Origin: Thermodesulfobacteriota bacterium
GTDB lineage: Bacteria > Desulfobacterota > Desulfarculia > JACQYL01
Direction of reading: 5' to 3'
Length of the DNA stretch: 64,000 nucleotides
NCBI GenBank assembly: GCA_963675595.2
Contig: CAXXLZ010000001.1
Coordinates: 1,312,001-1,376,000, forward strand
In this document: one piece after another, positions 19,057-27,429 of the stretch
Layout: each line of letters begins with the position of its first letter
Numbering within the stretch: the first letter of the stretch is position 1
Notes under the pieces: model-generated
Told to the model about the DNA's origin: nothing
Seen by the model: the letters and a program-made list of their open reading frames with translations, nothing else
Databases searched by the model: none
Program-made: the position numbers and the translations under genes

Positions 19057-19319
19057 GGGATCACCATTTTTAAAAGTCCGTTGAGGTAAACGAGCGACAG
19101 GTATAAAGCCACGGCGATAACGCCCCATTGCCTGGGCCGGGCCCGGATTGCGGCGGCGATCCAGCACGGTTGAGCACAGAGGAGTATCCCGTATCCGGCA
19201 ATGATATATTGAGGCACCTGGGGAAAACCGGTCCCCATGGAGATTCCGGTAAGTCCCACGCAGGTGAGGATAAGGATAAGGATTTGCAGGGTTTCATCGA
19301 GCTGTTTAGGCGTCATCAT
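19053..19319 (-). CDS. Small membrane protein (3 TM, possibly holin-like)
   Basis: Three hydrophobic segments in 88 aa. Confidence 0.55.
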   Translation of the reverse strand: MMTPKQLDETLQILILILTCVGLTGISMGTGFPQVPQYIIAGYGILLCAQPCWIAAAIRARPRQWGVIAVALYLSLVYLNGLLKMVIP

Positions 19320-19890
19320 ACTGTCCTTCTTTGTCTTCGATTCCGATAGGCGGCGGTGCCTGAAACGGCTGAACGGACAGCTCCAGCGTTACGGCCCCGC
19401 AAGTTACGGGATACCTGGGAGCCGTGCGTTGCAGCCTGAGAACCCGCCTAAGCCAATATTCGGAGGCCTCCTTCACCTTGGCTGCGGCGTCGGCCTTATC
19501 CTCTTCGGACCCGGCGGATTCGTAGCGTTCGATCTGGTTTCCCATGGCTGTAAAGAGCCGAAACGCGCTTTCATCTTGGTGCGTGAGCCATGTAACTCGA
19601 GATGAGGCGCTTTGCATGGATCGTTTTTCGAGTTCGGCGATTGAATAGAGCGCATTGGCGTAATGAATGAAAGCAGTTGTAATTACAGAGTTTTCTGAAA
19701 CTAGGTCGATCATGCGCATGTATTCGAATAGGGTAAAAAGTTCTTTTGGGGTGCGTTTAACCCGGGGTTTATCTTCGTTTTGGGGTTTCAAAACCGGTTT
19801 TACACCGAAAACTTCGGTTATTTTTTCTGCAACGGACCCTGCTTTATCCGGCATTAAAGCGGCTAAATCCTTCATTTTGGCCCCCGTCAT
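19306..19890 (-). CDS. Phage hypothetical protein
   Basis: 194 aa ORF downstream of the origin-like region. Confidence 0.5.
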   Translation of the reverse strand: MTGAKMKDLAALMPDKAGSVAEKITEVFGVKPVLKPQNEDKPRVKRTPKELFTLFEYMRMIDLVSENSVITTAFIHYANALYSIAELEKRSMQSASSRVTWLTHQDESAFRLFTAMGNQIERYESAGSEEDKADAAAKVKEASEYWLRRVLRLQRTAPRYPVTCGAVTLELSVQPFQAPPPIGIEDKEGQYDDA

Positions 19891-20140
19891 GGAACACTTA
19901 GAACGTCATGGAACATATTAACTTATTATTATTATTATATTTATTTATATATGTTCCATTGTTCCATGAGTTCCATGAGTTTTGGTGAAAATTTAACTTT
20001 CATTCTTTTTTGCCGATTGTGAACAAGTTAAAAAAATGTTCCGCGTGATTTAAATTCTTGCGTTGTTTTCCATGGAACTCATGAAACAATGGAACAGTTG
20101 GTCGATTATTTAACGATTTCATATAGTTATACTGTTCCAT
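19886..20140. other. Putative phage replication origin (iteron-like repeats + AT-rich tract)
   Basis: About nine ATGGAAC/GTTCCAT repeats in both orientations, a nearly pure A/T tract at ~19915-19952, and a 26-bp inverted repeat (19952-19977/20071-20096); directly downstream of primase-helicase. Confidence 0.7.
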
Positions 20141-20182
20141 AACCTCTTTTCAGATGGCTCGGTCAATGGCACATGGAGCGTT

Positions 20183-22567
20183 TCAATTTACGTCGTCTCC
20201 GTCCCAGTTTATGTTCATCCCTCCGATGGCTTCTGAAAAGTCGTTCCTACACTGATCCAAGCCGGGCAAATCTAAGAACCATTCCCGCTTGCCTCCCATT
20301 TCCACGGTTCGATACACACGATTTACAGATGGACATAACTGCCTGATTTCTTTTCCGAATTGTTTGTCGATCATCGGAAAACGGTCTCCATGATTCCGGG
20401 CAAACTCTAAATAAGACGAGTGCAGCGCTCCGGCGGATACCAAGGAGTTCCAGTCCGAGTCGTCACAAAACACGGTTCCCCGTCGCAGCAGCTCGAACCA
20501 GAATTTTTTGGCCGACGGCAACGTGTGGATGGCCTGATCGAATAGAGCGGCCGTACGAGGAATCGCACGAAGATCGACCGGGCTGATATCCAGGTCGAGC
20601 AGATCATACAGCAGAGCCGACGTGCCGCCCTTCTCGTCCATCTGCTCAAAAATCTTGGTGAAATACTCGCGATCTTGCCGGTGATCGTTGGCTACATCGA
20701 GGACGCAGAACCTTCGCTCGTGCATGCCTGCCGGAACAACCCATTCGTTGTTGGAGGCTATGATGAGACGAATGTGATTTTTGACGGCGAACGGATCCCG
20801 GCCTTTGGGCTCTATCTGGATGACGTCCTCGGTTACCATGCCCTTGAGGACGCCTTCTGCGCTGCGGTCTCCCGCCCAAATGCCCTCGTCACAGAAAACG
20901 AGTGCGGCGTTTTTCAAGTGCGCGTTGAATCGGCCGGTAAGTTGGCCTTGATTCGTTATGTGGAGAAAATGGTTTCCGAATATGCGTCCGAAAATAGTGA
21001 CGAAACAACCCTTGCCCGTTCCCTGTTCCCCTCTCAACACAATGGACGTTCCAGGTCGTTTCTTCCCGAGATTCTGCACGGCATCGGCCATCCAGGCCAT
21101 GACGTAAAAGAAAATATCTTCTCGTCCTCCGCAAATCACATAATACAAATGGTCCCGGTATAGGTCCCAATCGCCTTCCTTCGGCTCGACCGCGAATCCC
21201 CGCCATAGATTGTAATAGCCGTTGTCCGATACCAGTGGATCGAACACGATCCCCTTGTATTTTCGTTTTTTCGGGGATTCAAGCCACACCTGAGAGATGC
21301 TGATGTCTTTTCGTTGTCCCCTCCCTCGGTCGGGATTGGGAATGCGCTGGTCCACAAGCAACCACTTAAAGTCGGGGATCGACTTCAGAGCGATATCCGG
21401 ACGTCCGAAAACCGGGTCTTTACACTCGCAAAGGATGCAGGTTTTGGACCCCATGTCCACCATGGCATACGTGCGGTTCAGCTCTTCGATTTCGCGGGCG
21501 TAGATTTCGTCGGGGGCTTTATCTTCTTCGGGGGGCTCGGCGGTTTCCCTGGGCAGGGATAACAAGGCTTCGGCGGTGTTATCCGCCTTGAACCAGTCGG
21601 TAAGGTCGCCCTTCTCTTGGGTTCCCTCCGGCCACAAAAGGATTTCGACCCTGGATGCATACTTTGGCAGGTACTTGGCGACGCGGGCCGCTCCTCGGCG
21701 TCCGGCTTCGTCGTGGTCATAGACGATCAACACGTCCAATCCTCGAAACAAAGCGTTCCACGAATCATCCCACGACGAAGCCCCGGCCGTCTGAGTGATG
21801 CAGTGCAGGCCGTGTGAGAGCCCGCACAGGCAATCGGATTCCCCTTCGCAGAGAATCAAAGCGGCGTTGTCTTTCCTGGCCTTTTCGATTTGATCATAAG
21901 GAAACAGCCTTCGGCGTCCGTAGGAATGTCCGTCCTTGTCTCTCGGCCAGTTAAAAAACTTTTCTCCCTCTTTCGCTCCCGGCAGGTATCTACGAACATT
22001 GACAAGGCGCCCGGCTTCATCGCGAATCGGGATCCAAATACGCTTTTCTTTCGGGTGATACCGAAGCTGGTAGGCGTCGATGACGTCCCGGCTCCACTTC
22101 CGGGAGTCATCGACGTATTTTAAGGGGAGGGGAATCGCCGGTTTGTCCAGAACGGACTCCGGGAGGGTTCTTTCCGTTATGATCGAGGAAGAAGATTCTT
22201 TGCCGGCGCCCTTCTTCGATTGTCGCTTTTTGGGGGAGGCTTGAGCGCTTGCCGAGGATGACGACGACGCGGGGCCGCCGTGCTTTTCCATGAAATCTTT
22301 GTATGCTTCCTTGGTCTTTTTGAAATCTCCAAAGTAGGTGCGCGCCCAAGCCTTGAGCATGTTGCCGCCGCCGCATTCGGATCGGCAGATATACATCCCT
22401 TTTTTGGGACCTTCAACACACGCTGAGAACGAAGCGTGGGCGTCGTCGTGCCATGGACAGCATCCAATGATTTGATCGCCCTGGCGCTTTACCTTATCCG
22501 GTCCGCCCATGAGCTCGACATACCATGCAGCCACGTCAATCAGGTCTTCAATGCGAATCCTGGGCAT
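20183..22567 (-). CDS. DNA primase-helicase (Zn finger + TOPRIM + SF3-type helicase)
   Basis: CPWHDD..C..C Zn finger; LCEGESD and YDHDEAG TOPRIM; GEQGTGKG Walker A, FCDE Walker B, IIASN motif C. Confidence 0.88.
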   Translation of the reverse strand: MPRIRIEDLIDVAAWYVELMGGPDKVKRQGDQIIGCCPWHDDAHASFSACVEGPKKGMYICRSECGGGNMLKAWARTYFGDFKKTKEAYKDFMEKHGGPASSSSSASAQASPKKRQSKKGAGKESSSSIITERTLPESVLDKPAIPLPLKYVDDSRKWSRDVIDAYQLRYHPKEKRIWIPIRDEAGRLVNVRRYLPGAKEGEKFFNWPRDKDGHSYGRRRLFPYDQIEKARKDNAALILCEGESDCLCGLSHGLHCITQTAGASSWDDSWNALFRGLDVLIVYDHDEAGRRGAARVAKYLPKYASRVEILLWPEGTQEKGDLTDWFKADNTAEALLSLPRETAEPPEEDKAPDEIYAREIEELNRTYAMVDMGSKTCILCECKDPVFGRPDIALKSIPDFKWLLVDQRIPNPDRGRGQRKDISISQVWLESPKKRKYKGIVFDPLVSDNGYYNLWRGFAVEPKEGDWDLYRDHLYYVICGGREDIFFYVMAWMADAVQNLGKKRPGTSIVLRGEQGTGKGCFVTIFGRIFGNHFLHITNQGQLTGRFNAHLKNAALVFCDEGIWAGDRSAEGVLKGMVTEDVIQIEPKGRDPFAVKNHIRLIIASNNEWVVPAGMHERRFCVLDVANDHRQDREYFTKIFEQMDEKGGTSALLYDLLDLDISPVDLRAIPRTAALFDQAIHTLPSAKKFWFELLRRGTVFCDDSDWNSLVSAGALHSSYLEFARNHGDRFPMIDKQFGKEIRQLCPSVNRVYRTVEMGGKREWFLDLPGLDQCRNDFSEAIGGMNINWDGDDVN

Positions 22568-22788
22568 ACTCCGGCCGTTTCCAGTCTGCGGATGTCAAAG
22601 AGAGATACGAAAAAAATAGAAGTCGGGCTGGTGGCTGCGCCCGACTATACAGCCCCGTCTCACGCTTCGGACAGACGGGTGTCCGCCCCATCAATCACCC
22701 ACCAGAAGAGAAGAGGTCCGACCGCTTCGCGTCTCTATCGAGACGCTACTGTAACGCCCCGGCCGCGGGCGGGAGGTAGTCTCGGCGA

Positions 22789-22962
22789 CTACAATTCATT
22801 TTCAAGTTCCTTTGTAGCGAAATACACGGATAAAATGTAGGCAATTTGTTCTTCCGGGCTGCGGAAAGCAGCCTGGGCGCTTTGTCGTACCGTATCGGCC
22901 AGCTCTTTACGCGATCGCAGATCCACAATAAAAAGATCGTCACATGCAGCTATCGTCGGCAT
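22789..22962 (-). CDS. Small Arc/RHH-like regulator
   Basis: LADTVRQSAQAAFRSPEEQIAYIL pattern. Confidence 0.45.
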   Translation of the reverse strand: MPTIAACDDLFIVDLRSRKELADTVRQSAQAAFRSPEEQIAYILSVYFATKELENEL

Positions 22963-23212
22963 AAGATACAGTCTCCAGTGTATTTTGGGATTTTGGGTTG
23001 CTCGTTGAGTCGTGGCCGATATATCCTGATAATGACAGAATTTCTTTCCCTTTGAGTAGGATATATTCGCGCACCAATATGGGAATGTTTGCGTGTCCGT
23101 TGCGATAACTGCGATATCGAACGACGCTGATACCCAGTTTTCGAGCCGCGTTGGAATGGTTGCCGGTGGCGACACGCAGAGCTTCAAACATTTGTTCAAG
23201 CGTTTTGGTCAT
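22940..23212 (-). CDS. Cro-like HTH protein
   Basis: GNHSNAARKLGISVVRYRSYRNG HTH; divergent from the XRE repressor. Confidence 0.6.
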   Translation of the reverse strand: MTKTLEQMFEALRVATGNHSNAARKLGISVVRYRSYRNGHANIPILVREYILLKGKEILSLSGYIGHDSTSNPKSQNTLETVSYADDSCM

Positions 23213-23270
23213 TCGGCGGATGGTAGTCTGTTTTGCTCTATGCTTGCAAGGTTTTTTTGGGGAGCTTTTT

Positions 23271-23582
23271 ATGCAGATTAACGAGGAAACCGTAGAGCGT
23301 AATCTGGTTCGCGTTGCCGAAAAGTTGGGCAAAAAGAAAGGAATGAATAATTCCGAAGTGGCACGGCGAGCGTTTGGCGATAAAGGCAGTTCAATTACGC
23401 GATGGCGCAAGATGAGGAATCAAAATCAGCGCCTACGGCTGGCCGACGCAATGAAAATCGCAAAAGCGTTGGACGTTCCACTGGACTATTTATTGCACGT
23501 TACGGCTCTGGCGATGCGCTTTAGAGCGGAATCGTTGTCGCCCCCGATTCTGCTCGAAGAAGATGATCAATCCGCCACATAA
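23271..23582 (+). CDS. XRE-family HTH repressor (CI-like)
   Basis: GMNNSEVARRAF ... DAMKIAKALDVPLDYLL. Confidence 0.75.
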   Translation: MQINEETVERNLVRVAEKLGKKKGMNNSEVARRAFGDKGSSITRWRKMRNQNQRLRLADAMKIAKALDVPLDYLLHVTALAMRFRAESLSPPILLEEDDQSAT

Positions 23583-23605
23583 ATCCGCCACATAAATCCG
23601 CCACA
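23569..23605 (+). repeat. 13-bp tandem repeat x~3
   Basis: AATCCGCCACATA-AATCCGCCACATA-AATCCGCCACA spanning the repressor stop codon. Confidence 0.85.
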
Positions 23606-23861
23606 CTCGGCCGGCGCGTGCCGCCGTTCGGAATCATTCGATTTTATCTTGCCAAGTAGTCGGTTTTCGACTACATTGCGTTTCCAGTTGAACGCACGTT
23701 TCTTCGCGTGGTTCGGCCGTCCGCCCCTAAGGGCAATGCACGGCGCACGGATGGAAGGTGCGGCATGTAACAACCTCAAGGCTTAGTTCCGTCATTATAA
23801 CCAAACAAAAAAACGACCCGACACGCGGGACAGGATACGTGTGTCCAAAGAAGGGAGGAGC

Positions 23862-24614
23862 ATGCAAGGGCAGGATTTTCAGATCGTTCAAGAGATTTGG
23901 TCTCGTATTACGAGGGCGCATAAGCGGGAACAGATTCTGGTAACCTTTAACGGGATAGGTTTTGATCTTCCTATTCTCCACCGACGGGCCATGCTTCAGG
24001 ATATTTCCGCGGACCCGCTGCTGTACCAATTTCTCACGCAACGATATCAACGCACCCCCCATTTCGACATTATGCAAGTGATGGCTCAGTGGGATAGGTC
24101 GAACTGGAAGAAGTTGGACTTCTTTCTCAAGCTGTTCGGGTTGGGCGGAAAAACCCCGGGGATGAACGGCGCCCAAGTATATCCGGCCCTGAAGGAAGGC
24201 CGATATCAAGACGTGATCGACTATTGTAGACAGGATATCGAGATGACCCGAGCCCTGTTTCGGCGCATCGAACCCTGGTTTTTGATCAACCCTCCAAACG
24301 AAATTCTCGTGCTCGACATCGAGACGTGTCCGAATCAGTCCATTGATCCACACGATATTTACGAATTTGATCCGGACGTGGTGAAGCTCGGCAACCTCAA
24401 AGACCCCTTTAAAATCGAAGCCAAAAAGGCCGAAGCCGAAGCCGAATTTTGGGCCAACATCGACCGCAAAATGAGCTTCGACCCCGATGGGTGCCAGGTC
24501 GTGTGTGTCGGCATATATGATTCGTTGGAGGATGAAACTGTCGTGGTGAATGATTTGGACAATCTCCACATCAGAATGTCGTTGGAGGATGCATTGAAGG
24601 CGGTGAACGCATGA
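23862..24614 (+). CDS. DnaQ/PolB-type 3'-5' exonuclease, circularly permuted
   Basis: ExoII TFNGIGFD, ExoIII YCRQD, then ExoI LDIET at the C-terminal side. Confidence 0.8.
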   Translation: MQGQDFQIVQEIWSRITRAHKREQILVTFNGIGFDLPILHRRAMLQDISADPLLYQFLTQRYQRTPHFDIMQVMAQWDRSNWKKLDFFLKLFGLGGKTPGMNGAQVYPALKEGRYQDVIDYCRQDIEMTRALFRRIEPWFLINPPNEILVLDIETCPNQSIDPHDIYEFDPDVVKLGNLKDPFKIEAKKAEAEAEFWANIDRKMSFDPDGCQVVCVGIYDSLEDETVVVNDLDNLHIRMSLEDALKAVNA

Positions 24615-24802
24615 CGGACCTATTTTTGGTGATTGTCTGCGCGGTGGTGTTGATCGCCGTGTTGTCTCAGTAAGAAAAACATAGGCGGCAACACCACCGA
24701 GGCAAGGGCGGCGACGTGGGCGGCAAGGAAGAATTCTTCGAGCCTTGATCTTCTCTCGTTGGCCGAGCAGGCAATGAAATACGAAGGAGGAAACGCGGAA
24801 TT

Positions 24803-26083
24803 ATGAACAACAAAATCGTCCGCCTTCGGGCGGAAAACATCAAAAGGCTGTCTGCCGTGGAGATTACACCCGAGGGCAACGTCGTCGTAATCGGCGGGCA
24901 AAACGCTCAGGGTAAATCGTCCGTACTGGACAGCATCATGTACGCCTTAGCCGGCGCACGCTCCATTCCATCTCGCCCGGTTCGGGACGGGGCCGACAAA
25001 GGGATTATATCGCTCGACCTGGGGGACATTACGGTAACGCGATCTTTTACGGCGGCCGGCAACTCGTACATCCAAGTAGAGAACGCCGACGGGTACACCG
25101 CAAAGTCACCACAACAATTACTCGACAAACTGACCGGTGCGCTGTGCTTTGATCCCCTGGAGTTTTCACGCAAGGACAAAAAAGCCCAACTCGCCGTCTT
25201 GAAAGAACTTCTCGGGCTGGACTTTACCGAAGAGGACAAGAAGCGGAAAGAGCTTTATGACGCGCGAACCCTCACCAACAAGCAAATCGCCCAACTCAAG
25301 ACGAAGCTCGCCGATCACGCCGAAGACCCCGGAGCCCCCACGGAACGAGTCTCCGTTAAATCGCTTCTGGAAGATTTGGAAGCGGCTCGAGGGATCAACC
25401 GAGACAACGAAGGGAAACGGGCGCTACTGAACGCGCTACAGATTCGGATCAAAGAAAAAGAGCAAGGCGTCTTGAACCTACAGTGGCAGATAGAGGCCCT
25501 TCAGCGTGATCTCGAGCAACTCTATCGACAGCGCCACGAGCAGGACGTCATCATCAACGGACTGACCTGGGCCGACGAAAAGGGCATCCAACATAACATC
25601 GCCCAAGCGGAGGAAATCAATAACCGCGTCGATGCACAGCGGCAGCGCGGCCTGATCCTCGACGACCTGAAGGAGCTGGAAGCATCCGCCGTCGTCCTGA
25701 CTGAAAAGATCACGAAAATCGACAGAGACAAGGCGGAAGCGGTCGCGTCAAAGCCGTTTCCCATGGAAGGGTTGTCGTTCAACGAGGAAGGCGTTTTGTA
25801 CCAGGGTATACCTCTCGACCAGGCGTCCAGCGCCGAGCAGTTGCGGGTGTCGGTCGCCATGGGCTTTGCGTTGCATCCGCAACTGAAAGTCCTGTTGATC
25901 CGGGACGGTTCCCTTCTCGACAACGACAACCTCGCGTTGATCGCCGACATGGCCGCGAAGGAGGACGGGCAAATCTGGATCGAGCGTGTGGGCGAAGGGC
26001 AAGAGTGCCAGGTTATCATCGAAGACGGACACGTGAAAGGCAAAGTTTCCGCGGAAGAACCAGAGCCGGCGGAGGCCGCGTAA
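24803..26083 (+). CDS. SbcC/Rad50-like ABC-type ATPase with coiled coil
   Basis: Walker A GQNAQGKSS, central coiled coil, signature ASSAEQ, Walker B/D-loop LLIRDGSLLD. Confidence 0.85.
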   Translation: MNNKIVRLRAENIKRLSAVEITPEGNVVVIGGQNAQGKSSVLDSIMYALAGARSIPSRPVRDGADKGIISLDLGDITVTRSFTAAGNSYIQVENADGYTAKSPQQLLDKLTGALCFDPLEFSRKDKKAQLAVLKELLGLDFTEEDKKRKELYDARTLTNKQIAQLKTKLADHAEDPGAPTERVSVKSLLEDLEAARGINRDNEGKRALLNALQIRIKEKEQGVLNLQWQIEALQRDLEQLYRQRHEQDVIINGLTWADEKGIQHNIAQAEEINNRVDAQRQRGLILDDLKELEASAVVLTEKITKIDRDKAEAVASKPFPMEGLSFNEEGVLYQGIPLDQASSAEQLRVSVAMGFALHPQLKVLLIRDGSLLDNDNLALIADMAAKEDGQIWIERVGEGQECQVIIEDGHVKGKVSAEEPEPAEAA

Positions 26084-26379
26084 TGCTTGAAAATCAACGG
26101 TACATTAGGCCGCAGATTGTGGTGGAGGCATTCCAATGGACCGGAAACCCGGGCGACGACAATCCGGAGTGGGTGCGTGACGCGTACGACGATGGCAGGA
26201 TAAGGCTTGAGTGGAAAGGCGACGATTTTGAGAGATACCACTTGGCGTTCATCGAAGACTATATCATCCATTACGTTAAGCCGGGCGATTGGCTTATTCT
26301 GCTCCCGAATGGAAGAGTAACCAAGTGCAACAAAGACGACTTTTCCAACGATTATTGCCCGGTACAACAGCCCTTATAG
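26083..26379 (+). CDS. Phage hypothetical protein
   Basis: VEAFQWTG ... VKPGDWL ... F..DY pattern common in phage proteins. Confidence 0.65.
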   Translation: MLENQRYIRPQIVVEAFQWTGNPGDDNPEWVRDAYDDGRIRLEWKGDDFERYHLAFIEDYIIHYVKPGDWLILLPNGRVTKCNKDDFSNDYCPVQQPL

Positions 26380-26389
26380 GAGAATATCA

Positions 26390-27169
26390 GTGTCCAACGA
26401 AGTAGCAGTAAAAGACAACATTGAGGCCGGACTACCGGCCATTCCCGAGGAATACACCGGATATGAGGGCATGGATGTTTCGGCGTTCGTCGTGCCGAGA
26501 ATGAAGCTGTGTCAACCGATGTCGAAGGAAGGCACGGCCGGTAAGTTTCGCCTCAACCTCACCGGTGAAGAGTTCGCAACCATCAAGGCCGCGGTGCTCA
26601 AAATGAACCGGGGCCGCATCTGGTGGAATAAAGACGATTTGACGGCCGACGAACCGCTGTGTCGATCCCTGGACTTCATGAAACCCGATCCGCGCATTCC
26701 CGATCCGCCGGATTCCAGGTGTGCCGATATGATCAACGGACGGCTGACCCAGGTGTGCATCAAGTCCAAATGGATCGACGGCGAACGGCCCCCCTGCCAT
26801 GAAACCTTCAACATGCTCTGTTTGGATTTGCAGACGGAAGTCCCGTTCTGGATCAGTGTCCATGGTAAGTCCATATCCGGGGTACGAAAATTCCTGTCGA
26901 GCATTGCCCTGCGGAAGAAAAAACTCTTTGATTTCAGGACCGTGTTGTACTCGGAAGAAAAAAAAGAGCCTACGAAACATTTCGTGCTTTGTTTCGAGCC
27001 GCCGGTTCCCATCGAGGACGACATCAAGCCGCTGGTATATGCCGCCGTGCAGGAATTCCACGACGTGGACATTGCCGCGACGTATGACGCCGAGGAAGCG
27101 GTCAAGACGGCTGGCGCCGAGGGCGGATCCGGCGGGGACGAAGAGCCCGATTGGGTGAAGGAGGGATAG
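26390..27169 (+). CDS. Putative ssDNA-binding/recombination protein
   Basis: Position in recombination module; acidic C-terminal tail ending DEEPDW; function inferred. Confidence 0.5.
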   Translation: MSNEVAVKDNIEAGLPAIPEEYTGYEGMDVSAFVVPRMKLCQPMSKEGTAGKFRLNLTGEEFATIKAAVLKMNRGRIWWNKDDLTADEPLCRSLDFMKPDPRIPDPPDSRCADMINGRLTQVCIKSKWIDGERPPCHETFNMLCLDLQTEVPFWISVHGKSISGVRKFLSSIALRKKKLFDFRTVLYSEEKKEPTKHFVLCFEPPVPIEDDIKPLVYAAVQEFHDVDIAATYDAEEAVKTAGAEGGSGGDEEPDWVKEG

Positions 27170-27172
27170 CGC

Positions 27173-27427
27173 ATGAAAAACGGCGAAGTCAAAGGGAAAG
27201 AGCGGCCGAGTAAACGATGTCCGCTCGGGACATTGTACAATAAAGAGAAATCAACAGGCGAAGAGTCCACGTTCATCGTGCCGGCATGTTTCGCCAAGGA
27301 GTGCGGGTTTGGAGTTTACGATGAAGCTTCCGGAGAATGGGTGTGCAGCGTCTTTATGCTTCAAAAACGTCTGTTCAATCTGTCCGTTACTCTTGAGTTC
27401 TTCTTTCAAGTATATCGGGATAAGTAA
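27173..27427 (+). CDS. Small Cys-containing hypothetical protein
   Basis: 84 aa ORF coupled to flanking genes. Confidence 0.5.
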   Translation: MKNGEVKGKERPSKRCPLGTLYNKEKSTGEESTFIVPACFAKECGFGVYDEASGEWVCSVFMLQKRLFNLSVTLEFFFQVYRDK

Positions 27428-27429
27428 TC

